DNA of 64,000 nt from Candidatus Poribacteria bacterium (GCA_963663765.2 CAXXUA010000003.1:352001-416000); one strand, 5' to 3'. Shown: positions 33,060 through 42,766, numbered from the stretch's first letter. The notes: generated from the sequence alone by a model not told the origin. Numbers and translations are program-made.

Positions 33060-33815
33060 ATGGAAGATAATACATTAGATTTCAACTTCTGGCCGTCCTT
33101 TTCAGACTTAATGCTGACACTTGTTTTGATCTTAGTCATTGTTGTGTTTGCGGTTATCGTTTCCTTTTCTGTAAAACCAGAACCGGTTAAGCCGCCTGAT
33201 CCTATAGGAGATGTTATTCCCTCAGAAGTAAAAGAAAACCAGATGGCGATGATAAATGCGATCTCTGCAGACTACAACGTTGAACCGAAAGAAACTGATA
33301 AAGACACCTTTCGGATCCGAATTCCCCATGATAATGGCGAATACAGTGAGATTCTTATCAAGAACGAAGCAACGCTGCAACGTTACAGTTTTAGTGACCG
33401 GATTTTGTTTAAACCAGATAGATACGCTCTCAACGAAGAAGGGAAGAAAACACTTCTGATTGTAGGTCGTCAAATTAAAAAAAATCTGCAAAACTTCAGC
33501 GAAATACAAATTCAAGGACATGCGGATCCTGACACTCCAGGTATTGAACGTTCTAATTTACATCTTGCAGCATTACGTGCAATTGAAGTATTTAGATTTC
33601 TCCAACACGAGATTAGAATAGATCCGGCAAGGCATCTCATGTCAGCTACCTCTTTCGGTGAGTATAAACCTGTTCAAAGAACAGATAAAGATAGAACATA
33701 TACCCCAGAGAAACTCAAAAGGCATAATAGAGACAAAAAATTAAAAGCCAAAAATCGTCGAATTGAAATTTTACTAATATATCCATCTGAACAAACAACC
33801 CTAACAGAGGGATAG
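33060..33815 (+). CDS. ZorB/MotB-like protein with an OmpA-type peptidoglycan-binding domain
   Basis: FWPSFSDLM (conserved channel Asp) plus TM; ILF, IQGHAD, NLHLAALRA, SFGEYKP, KNRRIEI. Confidence 0.85.
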   Translation: MEDNTLDFNFWPSFSDLMLTLVLILVIVVFAVIVSFSVKPEPVKPPDPIGDVIPSEVKENQMAMINAISADYNVEPKETDKDTFRIRIPHDNGEYSEILIKNEATLQRYSFSDRILFKPDRYALNEEGKKTLLIVGRQIKKNLQNFSEIQIQGHADPDTPGIERSNLHLAALRAIEVFRFLQHEIRIDPARHLMSATSFGEYKPVQRTDKDRTYTPEKLKRHNRDKKLKAKNRRIEILLIYPSEQTTLTEG

Positions 33816-33821
33816 TTCATT

Positions 33822-34787
33822 ATGTACATTAGATTGTTTATCGCTCTTCTCCTGGGTAGCCTCGTTATCACGCCAAATAGCATTGCGCGAGACGCACTCA
33901 GCGATGTTCGCATCGTAGAAGGCATAGTGCAGCAACGTCCACCGAATACACGGCAAACAATCGGAAAACGGTACGTTTGGAATTTCAAAGGAAAATCTTA
34001 TACGGCATTAATGACAATTGATATAGAAAAGTATAATTCCTACGATGGTAAAGAACGCTACGATATTCCAGAATTAGTTGAGGAGGGAAGAACATCAATA
34101 GGTAACCTGACACGGGAATTTCAGAATGTCTTCAAACGACATCGCGAGTGGTCTAAACAAGAACGTATTGACTTCGTTCTGAGTTTCGTCCAATCTTTAC
34201 CCTATACGCTTGACGACGTGACCACAGGTTATGATGAGTTTCGCCGCTACGCCATTGAAACTTTGATTGATGGCGGTGGTGATTGCGAAGACACCACTAT
34301 CTTGGTTGCAGCCATCCTACGCGGTTTAGGTGAGAAGACTGCACTCATTTTCACACCCGGACACATAGCACTTGGAGTCAGTGGTAACTTTACAGGCACC
34401 TCGGCCACTTACAACGGAACTAAATATTACTATTGTGAAACCACTGGTACCGGTTGGACTGTTGGGGTGATGCCCATATCTTCTGGAATAACCGTAACCA
34501 ACATCGTTCCATTAGCACCAACAAAAATAAGTCCCGCACCGAAACCTGAAATGACAACTATACCTGAACCTATCCCACGTAAACCGGCACCCGAAATAAC
34601 GACCCCGACACCACAAACACCTCCAATAAAAACAACCCCTGAAGCAACCAAACCAGACACCCAAACTGAAAGTAAATCAAAGAGTCGCCTCGGTACTGCG
34701 ATTGTTCTTATTTTTATCCTAATTGCACTTGGCATCTCTACAGTTTATTTCCTACACAAGTCCTATAAAGAACAAGATGAATTTTAA
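33822..34787 (+). CDS. Membrane-anchored transglutaminase-like Cys protein
   Basis: Signal peptide, FVQSLPY, GDCED, HIALGV, YCETT; Pro/Thr linker; C-terminal TM; starts 6 bp after the ZorB-like stop. Confidence 0.8.
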   Translation: MYIRLFIALLLGSLVITPNSIARDALSDVRIVEGIVQQRPPNTRQTIGKRYVWNFKGKSYTALMTIDIEKYNSYDGKERYDIPELVEEGRTSIGNLTREFQNVFKRHREWSKQERIDFVLSFVQSLPYTLDDVTTGYDEFRRYAIETLIDGGGDCEDTTILVAAILRGLGEKTALIFTPGHIALGVSGNFTGTSATYNGTKYYYCETTGTGWTVGVMPISSGITVTNIVPLAPTKISPAPKPEMTTIPEPIPRKPAPEITTPTPQTPPIKTTPEATKPDTQTESKSKSRLGTAIVLIFILIALGISTVYFLHKSYKEQDEF

Positions 34788-34809
34788 TTTGACTATCTAT
34801 TTAAATACA

Positions 34810-34970
34810 ATAATCGGGAATCAAACTGTCCTCCTACAATCCAAGATAGTCATTACAAACCTAAAACTTGAAAATGAATCGCGCGACCACAACTCACAAT
34901 ACACATCCCAAGAATTCTTGAAGTAACGAAAATCCGTTACCACTAATATAACATGTAAGCGTTAATGTGT
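34810..34970 (+). repeat. 161-bp direct repeat, copy 1 (copy 2 at 39110-39270)
   Basis: Three mismatches seen between the copies; offset exactly 4300 bp. Confidence 0.9.
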
Positions 34971-35085
34971 TAGGGTTATTCAGTTATAATAGTTTTCTGT
35001 TATTGAGATTTACTGAAAGTTAATACCCAAATAAGGTTTCCTAACCGCACCTAATACATCAAATTTAGATTATTGAAACATGAAC

Positions 35086-35330
35086 ATCGCTCTTTAGTCC
35101 CGTAGGGACGATATGTTTATAGAAAACGAATACCCCCACCAGTTCTTTAGTCCCGTAGGGACGATATGTTTTTTCTTCTATGCCGTTCCTACGGAACTCA
35201 AGAGGGGTAGATAACATTTTTCTATAAACATATCGTCCCTACCAAATCAACGCCAAATGCGCCAAATCAACGGTATGAATGCCATTAAGGCATTCCCCGT
35301 ATGGCATTTGGCGGGACTAAAGACATGGAG
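35086..35330. repeat. REP-like cluster (TAGTCCCGTAGGGACGATATG family)
   Basis: Two direct copies plus an inverted CATATCGTCCCTAC interrupted by a CCAAATCAACG module. Confidence 0.7.
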
Positions 35331-35525
35331 AAGATGGCAACACACAAAATTAACGTCATAGTAAATATTCATCAAAAATGCCTAAAACTGAAAAACCCTG
35401 ACTTTACACAGCCCATAGGTTGACTATTCGCTGTGAATGTCTTATACTTAATCAGACTGGCAATATGATAATTGTGCTTACCATAGCATTGCATTGTTAA
35501 CCACTTTTTGTATGGAGGTATCTCA

Positions 35526-35744
35526 ATGACAACACGACTTGAACAAGCTTTTACAGAAGCATCAAAGTTCTCACCGAAGGAGCAAGATGCACTGGCAGAT
35601 TGGGTGCTTGCTGAACTCCGATTTGAAAAAAAATGGGATAAATTATTCGCCAATTCTCAAAAGGTATTATCCAAATTGGCTTCTGAAGCAATTGCCGAGC
35701 ATCGTAGTGGTCAAACAAGAGAACTTAATCCAGACCAACTATGA
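35526..35744 (+). CDS. Putative antitoxin of a RelE/ParE-like TA pair
   Basis: GGAGG RBS; small helical protein whose stop overlaps the toxin ATG (ATGA). Confidence 0.65.
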   Translation: MTTRLEQAFTEASKFSPKEQDALADWVLAELRFEKKWDKLFANSQKVLSKLASEAIAEHRSGQTRELNPDQL

Positions 35745-36011
35745 ATTCAAGAACGATAAAAACGCTTCCGTCAGATGCTGACGAAATTACCAAGTAACAT
35801 TCAACAGCAGGCTAAGGAAGCATACAAACTCTTCATTGAAAATTTACACCATCCAAGTCTACGATTCAAGAAAGTCCACAATACAGATTCAATTTACTCC
35901 GTACGTATCAACATCAATTACCGAGCGGTTGGGGTTGTTGAGAATGGCGTAATTGTTTGGTTCTGGATCGGTCCACATACAGAATATGAGAAATTACTTG
36001 GCGAACTATGA
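35741..36011 (+). pseudogene. RelE/ParE-like toxin with an apparent +1 frameshift in the A-run near 35758-35762
   Basis: MNSRTIK/RFRQMLTKLP...HPSLRFKKV...SVRININYRAVG...WFWIGPHTEYEKL. Confidence 0.7.
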
Positions 36012-36078
36012 GATTTAGGGCTTACGAAATAATTGGGTTTGTGGTATCACAGTTTATAACGGCTAAACATAATTCACC

Positions 36079-36426
36079 ATGAATATAGATATTAAACTTC
36101 AACAATGCACAGTCCCTTTTAAAGACTATCTTCTTAAAGATTTGGCACAACCCGAATTTGCGAAAGGTTATCTTGAAGCTGCACTCCAAGATTTTGATAA
36201 AGACGGCAACATTGAGATGCTATTACTTTCCATGAAAGATATTGCAGAAGCACAAGGCGGAATTGAAGAACTTGTCACATGGACAAATCTCAGTCCGCAG
36301 ACTCTCACCTCTCTGCTTAGTCCCGAGCACCCACCGCAATTGGATAAAGTGCTGGATATTCTCTCCATGTTAAAAGATTCCCTTCATACAAAGCATGTTG
36401 TTATTGATAATGATTCTACAACATAG
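36079..36426 (+). CDS. Addiction-module antidote-like HTH protein
   Basis: YLEAALQD...LLLSMKDIAEAQGGIEEL...LSPQTL pattern. Confidence 0.7.
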   Translation: MNIDIKLQQCTVPFKDYLLKDLAQPEFAKGYLEAALQDFDKDGNIEMLLLSMKDIAEAQGGIEELVTWTNLSPQTLTSLLSPEHPPQLDKVLDILSMLKDSLHTKHVVIDNDSTT

Positions 36427-36450
36427 TCTATATAAAGAAATGGCACGAAA

Positions 36451-36672
36451 ATGATTAAGAACAATCAAGTACTTGAGACAACATTAGCGCGCATCAGATA
36501 TTTTCAAAAACAGATAGAAAAAATTCGAAAGGTTGAAACTAATCCGCAGAATTATCGACTCTCAGTCGGCGGTTTTCTCTATGAAATTGATCGAATGAAC
36601 CTGGAAGTCCGAGAGTATCTATCGATACATCCGAGCGAATTGGTAGAATACGTCGCTGAAGGAAAAACGTAA
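36451..36672 (+). CDS. Small hypothetical protein
   Basis: 73-aa helical ORF within the TA cluster. Confidence 0.55.
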   Translation: MIKNNQVLETTLARIRYFQKQIEKIRKVETNPQNYRLSVGGFLYEIDRMNLEVREYLSIHPSELVEYVAEGKT

Positions 36673-36732
36673 ATCTGGCAAAACCGAGATTTTGAATTAC
36701 TTCATCTACAATTTTTGTTAGGATATATATTT

Positions 36733-37508
36733 ATGAAATCTCGCTCTAAAGAATTGGTTGATAGAGCAATTGCTGCAACTGTTTCAGCTATAGAAATATA
36801 CAATAAACCTGATTTTCGTTATCGCGCAGAAACCTTTTGCATCCTTGCAATCAATGGCTGGGAACTACTCTTTAAAGCTAAATAGTTAAAAGAAATTAAC
36901 AACAAAATTCATTCTCTTTATGTAAAAGTCGCTGATAGGAAACAGTATGGAACGAAAAGCAAGAAACTGAAAATAAAACGTACTCGATCGGGGAATCCAT
37001 TTACATATAGTCTTGACTATCTCGCTAAATAATTAGTTGAACAAGGACATTTGGAACATAATGCATGGGGGAATATCCAAGCATTGTTAGAACTACGGGA
37101 TTCATCTGTTCACTTCTATTATTCGTCTCGTAATTTTTCAACAAAACTGCAAGAAATAGGAACAGCAAGTTTAAGAAATTTCGTTAAACTTGTAACTGAA
37201 TGGTTTAAACGAGATTTAAGTGAGTACGACTTTTTTCTTATGCCATTATCCTTTATGGAACTTCCTACGGATACTGAAGCAATTGTGTCAAACAAAGAGG
37301 AAAAGAATTTCTTGAATTATTTAGAACATCTCAAGACCAGTGCAGATGATGCCGATTCCAAATACTCTGTTGCGATTAATGTAGAGGTAAAATTCATGCG
37401 ATCAAATACAAAAGATGCTCTTAACGTTCAGATTGTCAGTCCTGATACCCCCAACGCGTTAGGACTCCACTTAACTGAAGGACAGTTTCTTAAGGGTTAT
37501 CCTTGGAC
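36733..37508 (+). pseudogene. DUF3644-like HEPN protein, with stops and a truncated 3' end
   Basis: AIEIYNKPDFRYRAETFCILAINGWELLFKAK*; RDSSVH (Rx4H); the repeat element begins at 37509. Confidence 0.75.
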
Positions 37509-37726
37509 AATACCTTCGCCATTTTTGAGTGCTTCAGTTGAATGAGTATTTAGTGTTGATCTACCATTGCTCTGTGATATTGTTAGGATTACATAAATAA
37601 AAATAACTTCAGGTTTTCGTTGAAGTATTTTTAATTATCATAGCGTCTAATTTGACGATAGAATCTGACAGAATAATTTATATGCACAATCTGGAAGAAT
37701 GTGCTACAACTGACCACACAATCTGG
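37509..37726. repeat. Dispersed ~200-bp element, copy 2
   Basis: Homologous to 15329-15540. Confidence 0.8.
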
Positions 37727-39067
37727 ATGAAGATTAATTTATTAATCGGGTAATAAATATTTTTCAGATGGTAGGCGGGGAATGCCTAAATGGCATTCAT
37801 ACCGTTGATTTGGTGGTTTGTAAGCGCGCTCTTGGGACTTGATGTGCCAGCGCGCTTACAAAGCACGCCTGCAGTTGGGGGCGCGCTTACAAAGCACGCC
37901 TGCAGTGGGGGGCGCGCTTACAAAGCACGCCTGCAGTGGGGGGCGCGCTTACAAAGCACGCCTGCAGTGGGGGGCGCGCTTACAAAGCACGCCTGCAGTG
38001 GGGGGCGCGCTTACAAAGCACACCTGCAGTGGGGGGGCGCGCTTACAAAGCACGCCTGCAGTGGGGGGCGCGCTTACAAAGCACGCCTGCAGTGGGGGGC
38101 GCGCTTACAAAGCACGCCTGCAGTGGGGGGGCGCGCTTACAAACCACGCCTGCAGTTGGGGGCGCGCTTACAAAGCACGCCTGCAGTTGGGGGCGCGCAT
38201 ACAAAGCACGCCTGCAGTTGGGGGCGCGCTTACAAACCACGCCTGCAGTTGGGGGCGCGCTTACAAAGCACGCCTGCAGTTGGGGGCGCGCTTACAAACC
38301 ACGCCTGCAGTTGGGGGCGCGCTTACAAACCACGCCTACCATCGGGGGCGCGCTTACAAAGCACGCCTGCAGTTGGGGGCGCGCTTACAAAGCTCACCTG
38401 CAGTTGGGGGCGCGCATACAAAGCACGCCTGCAGTTGGGGGCGCGCATACAAAGCACGCCTGCAGTTGGGGGCGCGCATACAAAGCACGCCTGCAGTGGG
38501 GGGTGCGCTTACAAAGCACGCCTGCAGTTGGGGGCGCGCTTACAAACCACGCCTGCAGTTGGGGGCGCGCATACAAAGCACACCTGCAGTTGGGGGCGCG
38601 CTTACAAAGCACGCCTGCAGTTGGGGGCGCGCTTACAAACCACGCCTGCAGTTGGGGGCGCGCTTACAAACCACGCCTACCATCGGGGGCGCGCTTACAA
38701 AGCACGCCTGCAGTTGGGGGCGCGCTTACAAACCACGCCTGCAGTTGGGGGCGCGCATACAAAGCACGCCTGCAGTTGGGGGCGCGCATACAAACCACGC
38801 CTGCAGTTGGGGGCGCGCTTACAAACCACGCCTGCAGTTGGGGGCGCGCATACAAAGCACGCCTGCAGTTGGGGGCGCGCTTACAAACCACGCCTGCAGT
38901 TGGGGGCGCGCTTACAAAGCACGCCTACCATCGGGGGCGCGCTTACAAAGCACGCCTGCAGTGGGTGGCGCGCTTACAAAGCACGCCTGCAGTGGGTGGC
39001 GCGCGGACAAAGCACGCCTACCGTGGCCGGATTAGTAGAATTACCCAAAGTATTTTTTAATCTTCAT
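37727..39067. mobile_element. TIR-bounded element inserted in a REP loop, enclosing the 31-bp array
   Basis: ATGAAGATTAA...GGGTAAT / ATTACCC...TTAATCTTCAT; flanks CACAATCTGG and ACAGATTGTGCTAC rejoin into a REP hairpin. Confidence 0.65.
37850..39022 (+). repeat. Spacer-less tandem array, about 38 x 31 bp
   Basis: Unit GGGGGCGCGCTTACAAAGCACGCCTGCAGTT with a few recurrent variants. Confidence 0.95.
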
Positions 39068-39109
39068 ACAGATTGTGCTACATTGGTAGGGGTTTTGTCG
39101 TGATTCTTG

Positions 39110-39273
39110 ATAATCGGGAATCAAACTGTCCTCCTACAATCCAAGATAGTCATTACAAACCTAAAACTCAAAAATGAATCGCGCGACCACAACTCACAAT
39201 ACACATCCCAAGAATTCTTGAAGTAACGAAAATCCGTTACCACTAATGTAACATGTAAGCGTTAATGTGTCAA
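39110..39273 (+). repeat. 161-bp direct repeat, copy 2, ending in a leftward TTGACA-17-TACATT promoter
   Basis: Matches 34810-34970; last ~63 bp also match 21803-21865. Confidence 0.9.
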
Positions 39274-39359
39274 CTTTCCTTGAAATTGTGTCAAATCTGT
39301 GTTAAAATTTCTTTTTCACAAATTCAATCCGACAGCAAAAGAACTTACGGTGAAAAGAA

Positions 39360-40613
39360 ATGAATAAATTATTAGCAGAGGTCGACCCACAAATTGTTGA
39401 AATAACCTCTAATGACTTAACACGTCAGCAAAATTCGTTGATGCTTATACCATCCGAGAACTATGCAAGCCGTGCCGTCATGGAAATTCAGGGAAGTATC
39501 TTAGCGAACAAATACGCTGAAGGATACCCTGGCGAACGTTACTATAACGGTTGCGAGTTTATGGATGGCGTAGAATCACTTGCAATTGAACGTGCAAAAG
39601 CACTCTTCGGTGCGGAACATGTCAACGTCCAACCGCATGCTGGTACACAAGCAAACATGGCAGCATACCATGCACTGCTTGACCCAGGGGATACCATATT
39701 AGCGATGTCCCTAAGCCACGGAGGACACTTGAGTCATGGCGATAAAGTAAACTTTTCAGGACGTTATTACAACATCGTTGCTTATGGCGTAGATGCAGAA
39801 ACTGAACGTATTGACATGAATGAAGTAGCACAACTTGCGGAACAGCATCGTCCAAAACTTATTGTTGTCGGGGCAACTGCGTATCCACGTCTCTTTGACT
39901 TCGCTGCATGGCGAAAAGTTGCAGACACAGTTGATGCTTATTTACTTGCTGATATAGCACACATCGCCGGACTGATTGCAGGTGACGTTCATCCTGACCC
40001 AGTACCTCACAGCGATGTGGTTACAACGACAACGCACAAGACCTTACGTGGTCCTCGCGGGGCAATGATTATGTGTAAAGAGGAGCATGCAGCGAAGATT
40101 GATCGGGCAGTATTTCCCGGTTTGCAAGGCGGTCCATTTCTGCATACAATCGCTGCCAGAGCGGTTGCTTTCAAAGAAGCAAGCGAACCCGAGTTCAAAA
40201 CATATCAAGCACAAATCGTCAAAAATGCCAAAGCACTTGCAGCAAGACTCACCGAGAATGGGTTCAGGTTAGTGAGTGGTGGCACAGAAAATCACCTGAT
40301 GTTAATTGATCTAACAACTAAATATGAGAAATTAAGTGGTAGACAAGCAGCGGATCACCTTGAGGATGCTGGAATTATTGTCAATAAAAACACTATTCCT
40401 TTTGATAAAAGGAAACCGAAAACCACAAGTGGAATCCGTCTTGGTACACCCATGGTTACAACGCGTGGTATGAAAGAAGATGAGATGGTTCACATTGCTG
40501 ATTTTATCACTGAGACGCTTGAAAATAGGCAGAAGTCCGCAATAAAACGGCGAATCAAGGAAAAGGTACACGAATTCTGCACGCAATTCCCAATTTATGA
40601 ATACCTAAATTAG
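39360..40613 (+). CDS. glyA: Serine hydroxymethyltransferase
   Basis: [45 protein letters not shown]. Confidence 0.97.
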   Translation: MNKLLAEVDPQIVEITSNDLTRQQNSLMLIPSENYASRAVMEIQGSILANKYAEGYPGERYYNGCEFMDGVESLAIERAKALFGAEHVNVQPHAGTQANMAAYHALLDPGDTILAMSLSHGGHLSHGDKVNFSGRYYNIVAYGVDAETERIDMNEVAQLAEQHRPKLIVVGATAYPRLFDFAAWRKVADTVDAYLLADIAHIAGLIAGDVHPDPVPHSDVVTTTTHKTLRGPRGAMIMCKEEHAAKIDRAVFPGLQGGPFLHTIAARAVAFKEASEPEFKTYQAQIVKNAKALAARLTENGFRLVSGGTENHLMLIDLTTKYEKLSGRQAADHLEDAGIIVNKNTIPFDKRKPKTTSGIRLGTPMVTTRGMKEDEMVHIADFITETLENRQKSAIKRRIKEKVHEFCTQFPIYEYLN

Positions 40614-40624
40614 ACACATTCTAT

Positions 40625-42007
40625 ATGCCGTTACCGACAACATTAAAATTGGATTACAATTCTGCACTTACATATATTGAGCAGTTCATAGACTATGAAA
40701 GAAGTCCAGACTTTGCGCGGCAAGCAAGGTTCTACAATCTGAATCGCATCTCAAAGTTATTAGACCTACTCGGTAACCCACACGACAAGTTAAAAGTTAT
40801 TCATGTCGCGGGAAGTAAGGGAAAAGGATCGACAGCAGCGATTATCGCTTCAGTGCTAACACATGCAGGATACAAAACGGGGTTGTTTACGTCCCCACAC
40901 CTCATCACACCGCGAGAAAGGTGTCGTATTGATAATGAACTTATATCAGAAACTGAGGTTGCATACTACATAGACAAACTCAAACCGGCAATAGAAACCG
41001 TTTCCGCATCCAAATTTGGACGTGTTTCGTTTTTTGAAATATACACAGCACTTGCGTTTACCTATTTTGCAGACAAAGCAACCGATTTTGCTGTAATTGA
41101 AGTTGGTTTGGGGGGAAGACTTGACGCAACAAATGTAGTCTCACCTGTAACGACTGTCATTACGCAAATTGGTTTAGAACACACGAATATATTAGGAGAA
41201 ACTTACGCTGAGATAGCGAGCGAAAAAGCAGAAATCATAAAACAAGGATGTCTAGTCGCGCTTGCACCGCAACATGCTGAAGCACAAAAAGTCATTGAAA
41301 ATGTTGCTGTTGAACGCAACGCACCCATCGTTCAAGTCAAGAATTTTATAGAACGAGACTCGGAAGTGTCTGTTTCGCAATCCATACGGAACTCCAAAGG
41401 TATACCTATTGCACAGCAATTTGATGTGGAAACAGAGTCAGAAAGTTATTCACAACTAAAATTGCCACTACTTGGACATCATCAGTATGTGAATGGGACA
41501 ACTGCCATCGCTGCAATTGAATGTCTGAAACAGGCAGGATATAAGGTTTCCAGGGATACCGTATACGAAGGATTTGAGAACGTGCAATGGCAGGGACGAA
41601 TCCAGCGAGTTATGTCCGCACCTCTTGTAATACTTGATGGTGCGCATTCTCCTGTCTCTATGGAGGCGTTATGCCGTGCCATTCGTGAATACTTTTGTTA
41701 CACGAAAGCGATTTTTATCGTTAGTATTATGAAGGATAAGGATTTAATTGAAATTGGCGAAATTATCTCAAAAATAGCGGATTCCGTGATTGTTACACAA
41801 GTTTCGGATAACCCGCGTGTTATGCCTGCGGAAATGATACAAGATGCTTGGTTGGGAATATGCAAACAGATAACAATTTGTCCAAATACAGAAGAAGCAA
41901 TCACGACAGGATTATCATCCGCATCTCCAACAGATCTCTTATGTGTCACAGGTTCGCTATACCTTGTTGGGGAAGCACTCAAACATTTTAACCTGGAATA
42001 CAAATAA
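40625..42007 (+). CDS. folC: Folylpolyglutamate synthase / dihydrofolate synthase
   Basis: IHVAGSKGKGST, FTSPHL, EVGLGGRLDATN, LDGAH, TGSLYLVGE. Confidence 0.95.
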   Translation: MPLPTTLKLDYNSALTYIEQFIDYERSPDFARQARFYNLNRISKLLDLLGNPHDKLKVIHVAGSKGKGSTAAIIASVLTHAGYKTGLFTSPHLITPRERCRIDNELISETEVAYYIDKLKPAIETVSASKFGRVSFFEIYTALAFTYFADKATDFAVIEVGLGGRLDATNVVSPVTTVITQIGLEHTNILGETYAEIASEKAEIIKQGCLVALAPQHAEAQKVIENVAVERNAPIVQVKNFIERDSEVSVSQSIRNSKGIPIAQQFDVETESESYSQLKLPLLGHHQYVNGTTAIAAIECLKQAGYKVSRDTVYEGFENVQWQGRIQRVMSAPLVILDGAHSPVSMEALCRAIREYFCYTKAIFIVSIMKDKDLIEIGEIISKIADSVIVTQVSDNPRVMPAEMIQDAWLGICKQITICPNTEEAITTGLSSASPTDLLCVTGSLYLVGEALKHFNLEYK

Positions 42008-42018
42008 ACATATATAGT

Positions 42019-42722
42019 CAGGACTTACGCAGTTTTCATGATTTGATGAAGAATTATGACGAAAATGGTGTAATTTTCAGCATTTTGTAGGTTTCCAGCG
42101 CGCTTACAAAGCACCAAATCAACGGTATGAATGCCATTTAGGCATTCACCGCCTACCATTGGGTGCGGATGAAGAATTATGACGAAAATGGTGTAATTTT
42201 CAGCATTTTGTAGGTTTCCGGCGCGCTTACAAAGCACGCCTACCATGTGAGAAATATTTATTACCAAACAGGACTTACGCAGTTTTCATGATCCAATCAA
42301 GAATTAAGACGAAAACGATGTAATTTTCAGCATTTTGTAGGTTTCCGGCGCGCTTACAAAGCACGCCTACCGTTGGGTGCGGATCAAGAATTAAGACGAA
42401 AACGATGTAATTTTCAGCATTTTGTAGGTTTCCGGCGCGCTTACAAAGCACGCCTACCGTTGGGTGCGGATCAAGAATTAAGACGAAAACGATGTAATTT
42501 TCAGCATTTTGTAGGTTTCCGGCGCGCTTACAAAGCACGCCTACCGTTGGGTGCGGATCAAGAATTATGACGAAAACGATGTAATTTTCAGCATTTTGTA
42601 GGTTTCCGGCGCGCTTACAAAGCACCAAATCAAGAAATCAACGGTATGAATGCCTTTTGGCATTCCCCGGGTATGAATGCCATTTAGGCATTCACCGCCT
42701 ACCGTTGGGTGCGTAAGTCCTG
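42019..42722. mobile_element. Compound IS701-type MITEs with internal ~90-bp tandem amplification
   Basis: CAGGACTTACGCA at 42019 and 42270; TGCGTAAGTCCTG ends at 42722; four tandem internal units in the second element. Confidence 0.85.
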
Positions 42723-42766
42723 ACAAATAAACATATATAGTAAAGCGTATAAATATTTGGACATTT

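Noticed and set aside
29979-33815. Flagellar motAB, a chemoreceptor, or a canonical Zorya type
   Set aside because: The long tail on the MotA-like protein is not flagellar, no MCP hairpin signature is seen, and no recognisable Zorya effector genes such as ZorC/D/E are nearby
37850-39022. CRISPR array
   Set aside because: Units are head-to-tail with no unique spacers, and no cas genes are present in the window
37790-39103. Three long ORFs (437, 398, 374 aa) over the 31-bp array
   Set aside because: They are a by-product of a stop-free 31-bp unit cycling through frames, with no RBS or domain evidence
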